IMG/VR virus record: IMGVR_UViG_3300030294_000005
Location: 124,001-188,000 of that record
Reading direction: 5' to 3' (one strand)
Length of the DNA stretch: 64,000 nucleotides
The notes below the pieces were generated by a model. It worked only from the letters and a program-made list of their open reading frames with translations, had not been told where the DNA came from and did not search any database. Shown here piece after piece: positions 39,083 through 49,420 of the stretch (its first letter is position 1; each line of letters opens with the position of its first letter). The position numbers and the translations under genes were made by a program.

Positions 39083-39094
39083 TAATATATTGTT
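39083..39094 (-). promoter_or_regulatory. late-type promoter motif AACA-N6-TA
   Basis: AACAATATATTA on the minus strand. Confidence 0.5.
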
Positions 39095-39128
39095 ATGCAC
39101 ATTAAAGTTAAAAAGGAGATGAGTAACA

Positions 39129-39563
39129 ATGATTCATGAATTAACAGAAAAAATTATGGCTAATATAGGATTGGACATAGACAATGATTTTAAAATTGTG
39201 GATCAAGATTATGGCAATACTATAATGATGGATAAAAAATATTTAAAATGTAGTTATAATATACAAGAACCTATAATAGGAAAAGATGATATATTATTTA
39301 ATCCAATTATGAATATAAAAGTAATGGAATTTATCTTTGCTTATTTTTTAGAAAAGTATCAATTGCTAAATCAAACTTATATAATGTCATATTGTCAAAT
39401 GAATAATACAAGTAAGGAAACAGCACTATATGTAAGAGGTACACATAATACAGTATCATATTTTTATAAATCAGATACTTTAAAATATATAGATATAATC
39501 TTTAGATTATCTGGATATAAAAATATTGAATTTTTAAAAAAATATGATGGACGAGTGAGATAA
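39129..39563 (+). CDS. hypothetical protein
   Basis: AAGGAG RBS; ORF track. Confidence 0.75.
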   Translation: MIHELTEKIMANIGLDIDNDFKIVDQDYGNTIMMDKKYLKCSYNIQEPIIGKDDILFNPIMNIKVMEFIFAYFLEKYQLLNQTYIMSYCQMNNTSKETALYVRGTHNTVSYFYKSDTLKYIDIIFRLSGYKNIEFLKKYDGRVR

Positions 39564-39586
39564 TTATCTCACTCTTATTCTTTTTT
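39553..39586 (+). terminator. palindromic hairpin / terminator
   Basis: GAGTGAGATAATTATCTCACTC followed by T-rich tract. Confidence 0.55.
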
Positions 39587-39594
39587 AATAGGGC

Positions 39595-40797
39595 GTGATA
39601 TATTTGAAAACACCAAATGAAGGCCAACAAAAATTAATAAATGAAGCAGTAGATTGGTTTCATAATAGTTCAGAACAGGTATTTCAATTTGCTGGAAAAG
39701 CAGGTAGAGGAAAAACATTTGTTTTGCTTAAAATAGTAGAGGCTTTGGGAGTACCTTTAGATCAAATTGCATGTATGAGTTATACAGGGTGTGCTTCATT
39801 AGTTATGAGAACAAAAGGATTAACTGGTGCTAAGACTAATCATTCATGGTTATATAATCCAGTCGAAGGTTATAAATATGATAAAAGTGGAATTATTTTA
39901 AAAGATAATTATCTTAATAGGCCATTAACTGAACTACATTTTATTCCAAAACCATTAGAAGGAATAATTCTAATGATTATAGATGAGGCTAGAACTACCC
40001 CACTTCATATGAAAGCAGAAATAGAATCTAGAGGAATTAAAATAATAGCATGTGGTGATGTATCCCAATTACCTCCAGTAGCAGATGAACCAGCATATTT
40101 AGTTTCAGGAAAGATTCATATGTTAACAGAATGTATGCGTCAAGCAAAAGATTCTCCAATACTATATTTAGCTGAACGAGCGATAAATGGTTATGCTATC
40201 CAACCTGGGTATTATGGTAATTGTTTAGTAATATATGATGATGAATTAACAGATGAAATGATAAAGTGTTCTGATATTGTATTATGTGGAAAAAATAATA
40301 CAAGAGATTTAATAAATAAAAAAGTTAGACGAGATATTCTTAATATTAAAACAGATTTACCAGCATGTGGCGAAAAATTTATATGTAGAAAGAATAACTG
40401 GAAAGAAGAATTAGATGGTATAAATTTAACAAATGGACTTGTTGGAACTGTTATTAATTCTCCAGGAATTCAAAGATTTGATGGGAAAACTTTTGGTATT
40501 GATTTTAAACCAGATATATTAAATAGTTATTTTGAAGATCTAAAATGCGATTATAACTATCTAATTGCACCATTTGAGCAAAAGAAATATTTAAAGAATG
40601 ATAGATATTCTTTGGGTGATAAGTTTGAATTTGCATATGCTATAACTACCCATCTAAGTCAAGGTAGTGAATTTAATAATGGTATATATATTGAAGAATA
40701 CTTATCTAAAGAAATTCAACCAAATCTTAACTATACTGCAGTTACTAGATTTAGAGATGGAATGATATGGGTAAAGAGAAGAAGAAAATTTTATTAG
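39595..40797 (+). CDS. SF1B RecD/Dda-like helicase
   Basis: GKAGRGKT, IIDEA, GDVSQLPPV, LTECMRQ, AYAITTHLSQGSEF, YTAVTR. Confidence 0.9.
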   Translation: MIYLKTPNEGQQKLINEAVDWFHNSSEQVFQFAGKAGRGKTFVLLKIVEALGVPLDQIACMSYTGCASLVMRTKGLTGAKTNHSWLYNPVEGYKYDKSGIILKDNYLNRPLTELHFIPKPLEGIILMIIDEARTTPLHMKAEIESRGIKIIACGDVSQLPPVADEPAYLVSGKIHMLTECMRQAKDSPILYLAERAINGYAIQPGYYGNCLVIYDDELTDEMIKCSDIVLCGKNNTRDLINKKVRRDILNIKTDLPACGEKFICRKNNWKEELDGINLTNGLVGTVINSPGIQRFDGKTFGIDFKPDILNSYFEDLKCDYNYLIAPFEQKKYLKNDRYSLGDKFEFAYAITTHLSQGSEFNNGIYIEEYLSKEIQPNLNYTAVTRFRDGMIWVKRRRKFY

Positions 40798-40807
40798 GAG
40801 GGATATT

Positions 40808-41149
40808 ATGAAAGCTACAAAAAAAGAAATTCAAAGATATAAAAATTTATTATTTAAAAAAGGATATAGTTGGCAGTGCTGTTCTGGATCTAGTGATGAA
40901 GATATTATTAAAATTATGCAACAAAATTATCCATTAATTTTAAAAAGATCTCGTATAAATAGAACTCCATTTATATCATTACAAGAAGGAGCAGAGGAGT
41001 GGATATGTAATAATTGTGGTAATCATTTTATCGTATCTACTATTGAAAGAACTTTACGTATAGTAAAAGATCAACGATGCCCTATATGTAAAAAAGTAGA
41101 TACTGGTATATTGGCATCAAGTGTAGATAAGAAAATAGTTGATATATAA
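40808..41149 (+). CDS. hypothetical zinc-ribbon protein
   Basis: CNNCG...CPIC. Confidence 0.7.
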   Translation: MKATKKEIQRYKNLLFKKGYSWQCCSGSSDEDIIKIMQQNYPLILKRSRINRTPFISLQEGAEEWICNNCGNHFIVSTIERTLRIVKDQRCPICKKVDTGILASSVDKKIVDI

Positions 41150-41189
41150 TAATACTTTATTTATAACACTATAGTAAAAACACAAATAA

Positions 41190-41212
41190 TCATATATTAT
41201 ATTTATGATAGA
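41190..41212 (+). promoter_or_regulatory. early-type promoter motif
   Basis: TCATATATTATATTTATGATAGA, closely similar to 60593. Confidence 0.55.
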
Positions 41213-41255
41213 ATTATAGTATTTTATCATAATAAGTATGAAAGGAATTGATATT

Positions 41256-41666
41256 ATGTCAAAAGAGGTAATAAAGATTTTAGGGCCAAATGAAAGAAGT
41301 GAAAAAATAGAAAAGCTACTTTCTGAAAAACTAATTGTAGGAGAACCAGAAAGTGATAGTAGAATTAAAGGTTCGGAAGATAGAAAATATTTATTATTAT
41401 ACTATTTTTCAGATGAGAAAGGAGAAGAAGATCAAAAATCTTTTGAATTTATAATTGGTAGAATGGCTACCTATAAATTTATAAAAAGTATAATAGAAGA
41501 CATAAATATTCATAAATCAAAAGTTCTAGTTGAAACTGTAACGCTAAACGAATTAATCAGTGTTTATGAATTCATGAAACATATATCTTCAATAATAGAA
41601 GATGATGATAAGGATTCATTTGATATAGAAGATTATAATACTGGAGATTATGACGACGAGGTTTAG
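41256..41666 (+). CDS. hypothetical acidic protein
   Basis: AAGGAA RBS before ATG 41256. Confidence 0.75.
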   Translation: MSKEVIKILGPNERSEKIEKLLSEKLIVGEPESDSRIKGSEDRKYLLLYYFSDEKGEEDQKSFEFIIGRMATYKFIKSIIEDINIHKSKVLVETVTLNELISVYEFMKHISSIIEDDDKDSFDIEDYNTGDYDDEV

Positions 41667-41680
41667 GGGGGAAGTTTGTA

Positions 41681-42097
41681 ATGAAAGAAAATAATTTCTT
41701 TACGCAGAATATAGAAAGGTACGGAGAAAACTTTCTAGATTTTATAAATGCTAGAGATATACAAAACCAGTCAATTAATATATTTAGAAGTATTGCTAAA
41801 GGTAGAATAAACATAGATAAATATGGGCATTATTTTACATTTAGCCAATTTTTAGAACCATGTATTGAATCAGCAAAAATGAAATATATGCTATATTCAA
41901 TATCATATCAAGCACTGTGCTATTATTCAAATAGCGTAACTAATGCTCAAGTAATTTCTATATTGGATTATCATCAGAAATGCTTTGAAGCATATAGTAT
42001 AATATTACAAGAATTGACTAACATAAAAGTAGACAAAGATATTAGTCATCTATATATAATGGCTAGTAATCTATCTAGATATAAGTATAACTTATAA
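41681..42097 (+). CDS. hypothetical protein
   Basis: GGGGGG RBS; ORF track. Confidence 0.75.
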   Translation: MKENNFFTQNIERYGENFLDFINARDIQNQSINIFRSIAKGRINIDKYGHYFTFSQFLEPCIESAKMKYMLYSISYQALCYYSNSVTNAQVISILDYHQKCFEAYSIILQELTNIKVDKDISHLYIMASNLSRYKYNL

Positions 42098-42116
42098 AGG
42101 AGAGTGAGAAAAATAA

Positions 42117-42473
42117 ATGACAAAAGATTGTTTAATTTTAGTAAGAGATTATTTTCAAAGTTCTGGATTACAGCTATTTGTAAATAATACATTATTATAT
42201 AGCGAAAAATCCAAGTTTACAACTTTAGTTTGGGATGATGCTAATGAGTTAGTATATTGTTTTAGGCCAAATCAAAGTGCTTATGATCAAGATGTAAAGA
42301 GAATGGTAGTAGATGCTAATGACTATGATAATGTTCAGACTCTAATTACAAAAGTTACAAGGGATGAAATGGTTACTTTATTAACTACTTTGAAATCGTC
42401 AGGTGTCGTAACCGATGATATCGAAAAAGAGATTTTATTATCATACGATAGTTTGAATAATAAATTATTATAA
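42117..42473 (+). CDS. hypothetical protein
   Basis: AAGGAG RBS; ORF track. Confidence 0.75.
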   Translation: MTKDCLILVRDYFQSSGLQLFVNNTLLYSEKSKFTTLVWDDANELVYCFRPNQSAYDQDVKRMVVDANDYDNVQTLITKVTRDEMVTLLTTLKSSGVVTDDIEKEILLSYDSLNNKLL

Positions 42474-42490
42474 AGCAAACAGAAATATAA

Positions 42491-42513
42491 TTATATATTA
42501 TTAAGATGTATAA
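42491..42513 (+). promoter_or_regulatory. early-type promoter motif
   Basis: TTATATATTATTAAGATGTATAA. Confidence 0.55.
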
Positions 42514-42551
42514 AAATAAATTATGATAAAATTTTAAGGAGGAATAGATTT

Positions 42552-43373
42552 ATGTTTAATCAACAACCATTCGGACAAGGTAATTTTGGTGGATATCCGC
42601 AGGGAGGTATGCAGTATGCACAAATGCCTGTAGCAAAAATGACACAGGTATTAACTCCTGAACAAATGAAACAATTAAGAACAACTAGTAGCCAGTTTAG
42701 TTTGCAGGTTGATCCAATTGAGATCACCAGATCACTATGCACACATAAAGATAATGGTAAGATTGCTTTAATAGATAATCAAGATGGCAGTGTTACATGT
42801 ACAATATGCGGTGCAAAGTTTAAACTAGTTGATTGGGAAGTTGTACAGGTACAAGAAGTAACAAATATGTTTATAGATGTACTTCAATCAATTAAGACTT
42901 ATTATCTTGATATTCCAGAAAGTTATGTAACAGAATACTTCAAGATGATTCCACTACTAGAGAAAGTTCCAAAGTTCTTTGAATTAGCTTACCATAACTT
43001 TAAGAAATATGAGCAGGGAAATCAGTTCCAACAAAATAACGGAATGTATGGTTTCAATATGCTTAGTGCAATAGCTGGGCCAGGAATGATGAACCCAGGA
43101 TTTAATCAAGGACAGCAAGGATTTGGTCAAGGCGGACAACAAGGATTTGTTCAAGGTGGACCAGTAGGTGCTCCAATGTATCAACCAGCAGGTGGATATG
43201 GTAGTCCATTTGTAAGTCAAGGATACCCAGGACAATATCCACAGGGCCAAGAATATCAACAACCATGCCAACCACAGCAACAACAACCAGTACAACAGCA
43301 ACAACCAGCACAGTCAGTACCAACAGGTCAACAAGGACCAACAGTACAGACTACAAAAATGTTTAATTTATAA
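42552..43373 (+). CDS. zinc-finger protein with G/Q/P/F-rich low-complexity tails
   Basis: CTH...CTICG metal site; GFNQGQQGFGQGGQQGFVQGG repeats; poly-Q/P C-terminus; AGGAGG RBS. Confidence 0.8.
   Translation: MFNQQPFGQGNFGGYPQGGMQYAQMPVAKMTQVLTPEQMKQLRTTSSQFSLQVDPIEITRSLCTHKDNGKIALIDNQDGSVTCTICGAKFKLVDWEVVQVQEVTNMFIDVLQSIKTYYLDIPESYVTEYFKMIPLLEKVPKFFELAYHNFKKYEQGNQFQQNNGMYGFNMLSAIAGPGMMNPGFNQGQQGFGQGGQQGFVQGGPVGAPMYQPAGGYGSPFVSQGYPGQYPQGQEYQQPCQPQQQQPVQQQQPAQSVPTGQQGPTVQTTKMFNL
43098..43160 (+). repeat. imperfect coding tandem repeat GGATTT(N)3CAAGG...
   Basis: Three GF.QG units in DNA and protein. Confidence 0.7.
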
Positions 43374-43380
43374 TTAAATA

Positions 43381-43415
43381 AATAAGGGTGTGAGAGAAAA
43401 TCTTGCACCCTTATT
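43381..43415 (+). terminator. hairpin / probable terminator
   Basis: AATAAGGGTGTGAGA/TCTTGCACCCTTATT stem. Confidence 0.65.
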
Positions 43416-43472
43416 CCTATTAAAAATATTATAAATAGAGTTCTAAATATTTTTTTATAATAAGGTGAGTAA

Positions 43473-44303
43473 ATGATTAGAATAAATGGTGATTGGGAAT
43501 TAGTCGAATCTGATACTGGTCAAAGAAAATATGGTAATATAATTTCTAAATATAAATGTAAAAAATGTAATGATACTAAGTTAATGCCTAAGTATTATAC
43601 TAATAAAAATGTGATATGTGAAACCTGTACTAAAATATTTCTTGATTCTATTATAAATAAACAATTTGGAAATTGGATTATAATAGAATATTCTCATAGA
43701 GATAGATATAGTAGACGTTTTTATAAATGTAGATGTGTATTATGTGATACTATTCATACAGTAGAACTGTCTAATATATTAAATGAAACTACAAAATCAT
43801 GCGGTTGTCTGACTAAATATTATCAATCATATAGTAATTTTAAACATGGATTATATAAACATCCATTATATTTTATATACCATTCTATGTTGCAAAGATG
43901 TCAGAATAAAAATAATGATAATTTTATACGATATGGTCAACGAGGTATATATGTATGTGATGAATGGTTGGGAGAAGATGGATTAATAAATTTTTATAAT
44001 TGGTCAATAAATAATAAATATATACATGGATTATCTATACATAGAATAGATAATGATGGCCCATATGCACCATGGAATTGTAAATGGGTAACTAGAGAAG
44101 TTCAACAAAATAATACAAGAGGAAATCATTATGTACAGTTGAATAATACTATGTATACAATAGCAGATATTTCTAGAATGAGTAATATCCCTTATAGCAA
44201 AATAAGTTATGCTATATTAAATGGAAAATCTGTACATGAGGTTTTACAAAAACTTAACAAAAAAATAAGTATTATTAGTTTTGCAAAGAAGGAGGAACAA
44301 TAA
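43473..44303 (+). mobile_element. free-standing HNH-type homing-endonuclease-like gene
   Basis: CRCVLC...TKSCGC, HPLY..YHSMLQRC, RYGQRGIYVCDEW, LSIHRIDNDGPYAPWNCKW..REVQQNN; TAATG-coupled to gyrB. Confidence 0.75.
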
Positions 44304-46627
44304 TGAAGACAGAACAGAATAAGGATATACTTGAAAGCATTAAAAACTATTCTAATGAAATATTAACTTTAGAAGATTTTATTACTGCAGTTAGACAATT
44401 GCCAGGAATGTATTTAACTGGAATAGGTAATAGAGGATTTTTAGGTATGTTTAGAGAAGTATTACAAAATGCTTTTGATGAACTTAATAGAAAGATGATC
44501 AATAAATCTCCATGTGATCATATTATTGTATATTTTGAAGAAGGAACAAATATTTCTGGTATAGAAGACAATGGTAGAGGAATACCTTTTGATAAAATAA
44601 TTGATATATTTTATAAACAGCATACTTCATCTAATTATAATAAAGAATTAGGTGCATATACAGCTGGAAAAAATGGAGTCGGTACTAAAATAACTAATGC
44701 TCTTAGTACATGGTTTACAATTGAATCATATATTTTAGGAGAGGCTAGAAAAGTTGATTTTATAGAGGGTTATGCTTCCGATAAAGGTATACAAGTAATT
44801 AAGAATAAAGATAATAAACAAGGCACTAAAATTTTATTTAAACCTAGTTATGAAGTTATGGGTGAAATAACAGTAACACCACAGGATATAATAAATTTAT
44901 TAGAATTACTTGTACCATTAACTCCAATAGGATCAATAGTAGATTTTGTTGGAATAGATATAAATAAACATAAAATAGAAAAAAGATTTATTAGTGAAGA
45001 TGGAATAATAACATATTTAATTAGAAAAACTGTGTCTCCATTAATAAAACCAATAGTATTTTTTAAAGATAATGGAACTATGAGAGCTGAAATAGCATTT
45101 ACCTATAACTCTTCTGAGATACAATCAGAAGATATAATAGGATTTGGTAACTTTTGTTATACATCAAAAGGAACACATTTACAAGGATTTGTAGACGGCT
45201 TATGTAAATATTTTAGAGATTATATGAATAAAATATATCTAGTAAAAAATAATAAAATATCCATTATAGATAGTGATATAAAAACAGGATTGAAAGCTGC
45301 AATATCAGTAGCTCATTTAAATCCTCAATTTATAGGACAAGATAAAGATGAATTAGATAATAAGGATATGTATGGATTTGTAAAATATCTAACAATTAAT
45401 TCTTTAGAAGAGTGGTCAAAAAATAATCCTAATGATTTACAAAAAATATGTAAGTTTATGAGAGACGTTGCAGAAGTCAGAATAAAATCCGATGAAGGCA
45501 AAATTAAATTATCGAACAAATATAAATCATCAGCCCTTTCTGGGCTACCATCGAAATATGAAAAACCAAGTGGTAAAGAACATTTAGAGTTTGTTATAAT
45601 GGAAGGTGATTCTGCTTTAGGTTCTGGAAAGAACAGTAGAGCTAGAGCAAGACAGGGATTGTTCCCTGTTAGGGGTAAGATTCCAAATGCATTTACAACT
45701 ACAAAAAAGGACTTCTTAAATAATGAAGAAGTATCTGGAATTATAGCTATAGTAAATGGTGGTTGGGGTAAATCATTTGATATAAGTAAAGTTATTTGGG
45801 AAAAAGTAATATTCATGCCTGATGCTGATAAAGATGGTTGTCATATAGCAAATCTTTTACTAAAATTCTTTCTATTATATATGAGACCAATGATAGAAGA
45901 TGGAAGAGTATATAGAGCAGTTCCACCATTATATGGAGCAAAACAAGGCAAAAAATATATATACTTTACTAATAAATTAGACTTTGTAAAATATACTCAA
46001 AAGATATTTTTACAATCTAACACAGTATTATTTCCTAATGGAAAGAAATTAACAGAACTTCAGATTATGGAAGTATTATTCAGGAACGTAGATTTTACTT
46101 ATGAACTTGAAAGAATAGCTAATAGATATGCAATAAATCCATACTTACTAGAACTGATATGCCTTAATGTAAACAATAGTTCATTTTCAGATTTAGTAAA
46201 GAAAACTTATAGATTTGTAGATGTAGAAAAGAAAAATAGAACTTTAATTATTAGCGGCCTGATAGATTCTAAATATCAAACTATATTTATAAATGATCAT
46301 TTCATAAATGATATAAAAGATCTTATAGATTTGATAGAGGCTAATCAGTTTAAATATTACTTAGTAAATAATAATATAGTATCTATATATTCATTAATGA
46401 AATTATTTGAGAAAAGTAAACCAGATGTTAATAGATATAAAGGATTAGGTGAGATGAATAGTTTACAACTTGCTGATTCAACATTGCATCCAGATGGTCA
46501 AAGAACTATTATGCAATATACATTAGCAGATGCACTTAAAGAAATAGAAGAAATTAGATATCTAGAATCTAATAAATATGAACTGATAAGAAATGCAACA
46601 GCGTCTAGATCTGATATATTAGGATAG
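44303..46627 (+). CDS. gyrB: type IIA DNA topoisomerase subunit B (GyrB/ParE-like)
   Basis: VRQLPGMYL, EVLQNAFDE, EDNGRGIP, GKNGVG, MEGDSA, PVRGK, PDADKDG, RYKGLGEM. Confidence 0.95.
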   Translation: MKTEQNKDILESIKNYSNEILTLEDFITAVRQLPGMYLTGIGNRGFLGMFREVLQNAFDELNRKMINKSPCDHIIVYFEEGTNISGIEDNGRGIPFDKIIDIFYKQHTSSNYNKELGAYTAGKNGVGTKITNALSTWFTIESYILGEARKVDFIEGYASDKGIQVIKNKDNKQGTKILFKPSYEVMGEITVTPQDIINLLELLVPLTPIGSIVDFVGIDINKHKIEKRFISEDGIITYLIRKTVSPLIKPIVFFKDNGTMRAEIAFTYNSSEIQSEDIIGFGNFCYTSKGTHLQGFVDGLCKYFRDYMNKIYLVKNNKISIIDSDIKTGLKAAISVAHLNPQFIGQDKDELDNKDMYGFVKYLTINSLEEWSKNNPNDLQKICKFMRDVAEVRIKSDEGKIKLSNKYKSSALSGLPSKYEKPSGKEHLEFVIMEGDSALGSGKNSRARARQGLFPVRGKIPNAFTTTKKDFLNNEEVSGIIAIVNGGWGKSFDISKVIWEKVIFMPDADKDGCHIANLLLKFFLLYMRPMIEDGRVYRAVPPLYGAKQGKKYIYFTNKLDFVKYTQKIFLQSNTVLFPNGKKLTELQIMEVLFRNVDFTYELERIANRYAINPYLLELICLNVNNSSFSDLVKKTYRFVDVEKKNRTLIISGLIDSKYQTIFINDHFINDIKDLIDLIEANQFKYYLVNNNIVSIYSLMKLFEKSKPDVNRYKGLGEMNSLQLADSTLHPDGQRTIMQYTLADALKEIEEIRYLESNKYELIRNATASRSDILG

Positions 46628-46650
46628 AGATTTATTTCTTTATCCTTTAT
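46621..46650 (+). terminator. hairpin between topoisomerase subunits
   Basis: AGGATAGAGA/TCTTTATCCT stem. Confidence 0.4.
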
Positions 46651-46701
46651 ATAACTAAATAATAAATATAAATTTCTTAGATACGGACGGGAGGTATACA
46701 C

Positions 46702-49071
46702 ATGGCTAATGTAATAAAAGTTAATGTATTAGAGCAATATAAAATTGATGGAATAGAATATGCAATGTTTGTAAATAGAAGTAGAATGGTTCCTGACATG
46801 AAAGATGGATTAAAGAAAATCCATAGAAGAATCATGGATGCAATGTATAATTATGAAAGATGTATAGATAGAACTGTCAAATCATCTGCCATAGTAGGAA
46901 CTATAATGAAAGTAAATCATCCACATGGTGATATTGCTATATATGGTGCAATGAAACCTTTAGCTAATTGGTTTCAAATAAAGTATCCATTAATAGATAC
47001 TCAAGGAAACTTTGGTAATCCTCAAGGTGATGATGCTTCAGCACCAAGATATACTGAAGCAAAACTATCAAAATTTGCAATGGATTGTATGATTTCAGAA
47101 TTAAAAGAAACAAAAAATGCAGTAGATTGGTTAGAGACTTATGATGGACAACATATGGAACCAGAATTTTTACCAGCGTCTCTACCTATATTATTAATAA
47201 ATGGAGCATTTGGTATTGGATTTGGATTAAGGACAGAAATACCAAGTCATAATTTAGCTGAAGTTATAGATGCTACATTAAAGATAATGCATAATCCAGA
47301 TTCTCAAGTATTATTGATTCCAGATCATTGTCAAGCATGTGAGATTTTCGATACTAATTGGAAAGCAATATGTAATAAAGGACAAGGTTCTTATAAAATA
47401 AGAGGAATTATAGATATAGGAGAGTTTGATAAAAAACCAGTACTAATTATTAGATCTGTTCCAGATCAAACATTCTCAAATACAATTATAGAAAAGGTTA
47501 CAAAATTAATTGAGAGTAAAGAATTAGTTCAAGTTGTGGATTTAATAGATCATTCTTATACTGATAAGAAAACTGATAAAGATGTATTAGAATATCTTAT
47601 AGTATTAAAGAAAGGTTCAGATCCAAAGTATGTGAGAGATGTTATATATAAAAAGACTGAGATGCTACAATCATGTAGAGTTAACTTTGAAGTTCTTGAT
47701 GGTATAACTCCATTAAGAATGTCATATAAATCATATATACAATCTTTTATAGAATTTAGAAAAATAACAAAGTTTAGAGTATATACTAATAAACTTCAAG
47801 AAGTTCAAACTAAGTTTCATGAAATGCAGACATATATAACTGTACTTCAGTCTGGTGAAATAGATACTATTATAAATATGATAAGGCATCAGACAGAAAT
47901 AAATGATACTCAAACTATGGAATATCTTATATCTAAATTACACATAACAGATTTACAAGCTAAGTTTGTACTCGGTACTGATATAAGAAGATTGTCTATT
48001 GGATATCTGAATAAATATATTGAAGAGTCTACTAGGCTGCAGGGATTGATTGATATATATATGAATAAAATAGTTAATGATGGTGAAATAGAAAAGGATA
48101 TAGAAGAGGAACTTATCTATTACAAAAAGAAATATGGAGTTCCTAGAATGTGTAAAGTTGTTAATGAAGATGAATTATCAGCAATACCACAAGGCGACTT
48201 TAAAATCATAATAACAAATAATAATTATTTAAAGAAGATATCGCCCAATGATTCTATTGGTAATTTAAAAGGTGATTCAGTAAGATCAATAATAAAAGTT
48301 AAAAATACTGAAAATATTTTACTGTTTGATGAACAAGGAAAAGTATTTAAATTGCCTGTTTGCAAAATACCATTATCTGAGATGCACGGTAATGGGGTAG
48401 ATATAAGGATGATTATAAAGAATCTAACCTCTAATATTTCTACAGTAATGTATGAACCTATATTGAAAGATATTACAAATAAGACTAGAAAACATTTCAT
48501 TGTAATACTTACAAATGAAGGAAATATAAAGAGATTAGATATAGAAGATTTCCTATCTGTACCACCAAGCGGAATTCTATATGTTAAATTAGATAAAAGT
48601 GATTTTGTTAGAGATATATCTATAGTTCCAGACAAGCATGATATTATAGTATATTCTAAATCAAAGGCATTAAGATTTAATATAGAAGATGTTCCTCATC
48701 AGAAAAGAAATACAAAAGGTTCAAGAGCAATGGCTGCAGATGTTGTTGATGGATTATCATTAATAAAATCAAATACATCAGATGTAGTAGTTATAACTAA
48801 ATTAGGTAGAATAAATAAATTTAGTATAGCAGCTTTACCAATATTGGAAAGAGGAAAAGCTGGTTCTAAAGTTATTAAATTATCAAAAGAAGATGAGATA
48901 CACAATATATTTAATGTGAATAATAATGATATAGTTAGAATAGTTACCGAGACTGGTATTCATGATATAACTGTATCTGAATTACAAGATGGTAGTAGTA
49001 TAAGTGCTGGTAATAAAATGATACCTAGTAGAGAGACAATATTTAAATCTTATATAAAGAAGAAAGAATAG
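46702..49071 (+). CDS. gyrA: type IIA DNA topoisomerase subunit A (GyrA/ParC-like)
   Basis: RMVPDMKDGLKKIHRR, HPHGD, catalytic SAPRYTE, NGAFGIGFG...IPSHNL, beta-pinwheel CTD repeats. Confidence 0.95.
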   Translation: MANVIKVNVLEQYKIDGIEYAMFVNRSRMVPDMKDGLKKIHRRIMDAMYNYERCIDRTVKSSAIVGTIMKVNHPHGDIAIYGAMKPLANWFQIKYPLIDTQGNFGNPQGDDASAPRYTEAKLSKFAMDCMISELKETKNAVDWLETYDGQHMEPEFLPASLPILLINGAFGIGFGLRTEIPSHNLAEVIDATLKIMHNPDSQVLLIPDHCQACEIFDTNWKAICNKGQGSYKIRGIIDIGEFDKKPVLIIRSVPDQTFSNTIIEKVTKLIESKELVQVVDLIDHSYTDKKTDKDVLEYLIVLKKGSDPKYVRDVIYKKTEMLQSCRVNFEVLDGITPLRMSYKSYIQSFIEFRKITKFRVYTNKLQEVQTKFHEMQTYITVLQSGEIDTIINMIRHQTEINDTQTMEYLISKLHITDLQAKFVLGTDIRRLSIGYLNKYIEESTRLQGLIDIYMNKIVNDGEIEKDIEEELIYYKKKYGVPRMCKVVNEDELSAIPQGDFKIIITNNNYLKKISPNDSIGNLKGDSVRSIIKVKNTENILLFDEQGKVFKLPVCKIPLSEMHGNGVDIRMIIKNLTSNISTVMYEPILKDITNKTRKHFIVILTNEGNIKRLDIEDFLSVPPSGILYVKLDKSDFVRDISIVPDKHDIIVYSKSKALRFNIEDVPHQKRNTKGSRAMAADVVDGLSLIKSNTSDVVVITKLGRINKFSIAALPILERGKAGSKVIKLSKEDEIHNIFNVNNNDIVRIVTETGIHDITVSELQDGSSISAGNKMIPSRETIFKSYIKKKE

Positions 49072-49096
49072 AGCAATTGCTCTATTCTTTTTATTT
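49063..49096 (+). terminator. intrinsic terminator
   Basis: Perfect palindrome AAAGAATAGAGCAATTGCTCTATTCTTT and T-run. Confidence 0.8.
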
Positions 49097-49107
49097 GATG
49101 GGGGTCA

Positions 49108-49386
49108 ATGATGAAAAGTAATATTATAGTTAATAAGATTATGGATGTTATTAAAAAATATATAGATAAACCAAATGTTGGGCAATTATATTATGGAGAG
49201 AGTACAAATGTAGTACGTATATCATTAGAAAATACATCAGTAGCATTTATAATAACAAGTCCTAAGCATATAATAACCCATGTGGATCTTTGCTACCAGA
49301 ATTGTTTGATTAAGAAATATATAAAAAGAGATTCAATTAATGATTTAATTAAAGAATTATCTGCTTTTGTAGGACAAGATATATAA
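49108..49386 (+). CDS. hypothetical protein
   Basis: GGGG RBS; ORF track. Confidence 0.7.
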   Translation: MMKSNIIVNKIMDVIKKYIDKPNVGQLYYGESTNVVRISLENTSVAFIITSPKHIITHVDLCYQNCLIKKYIKRDSINDLIKELSAFVGQDI

Positions 49387-49420
49387 AAAAGAAAGAATAG
49401 GATCTCTCCTATTCTTTTTT
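49385..49420. terminator. bidirectional terminator
   Basis: AAAGAATAGGA/TCCTATTCTTT stem flanked by A- and T-runs. Confidence 0.8.
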
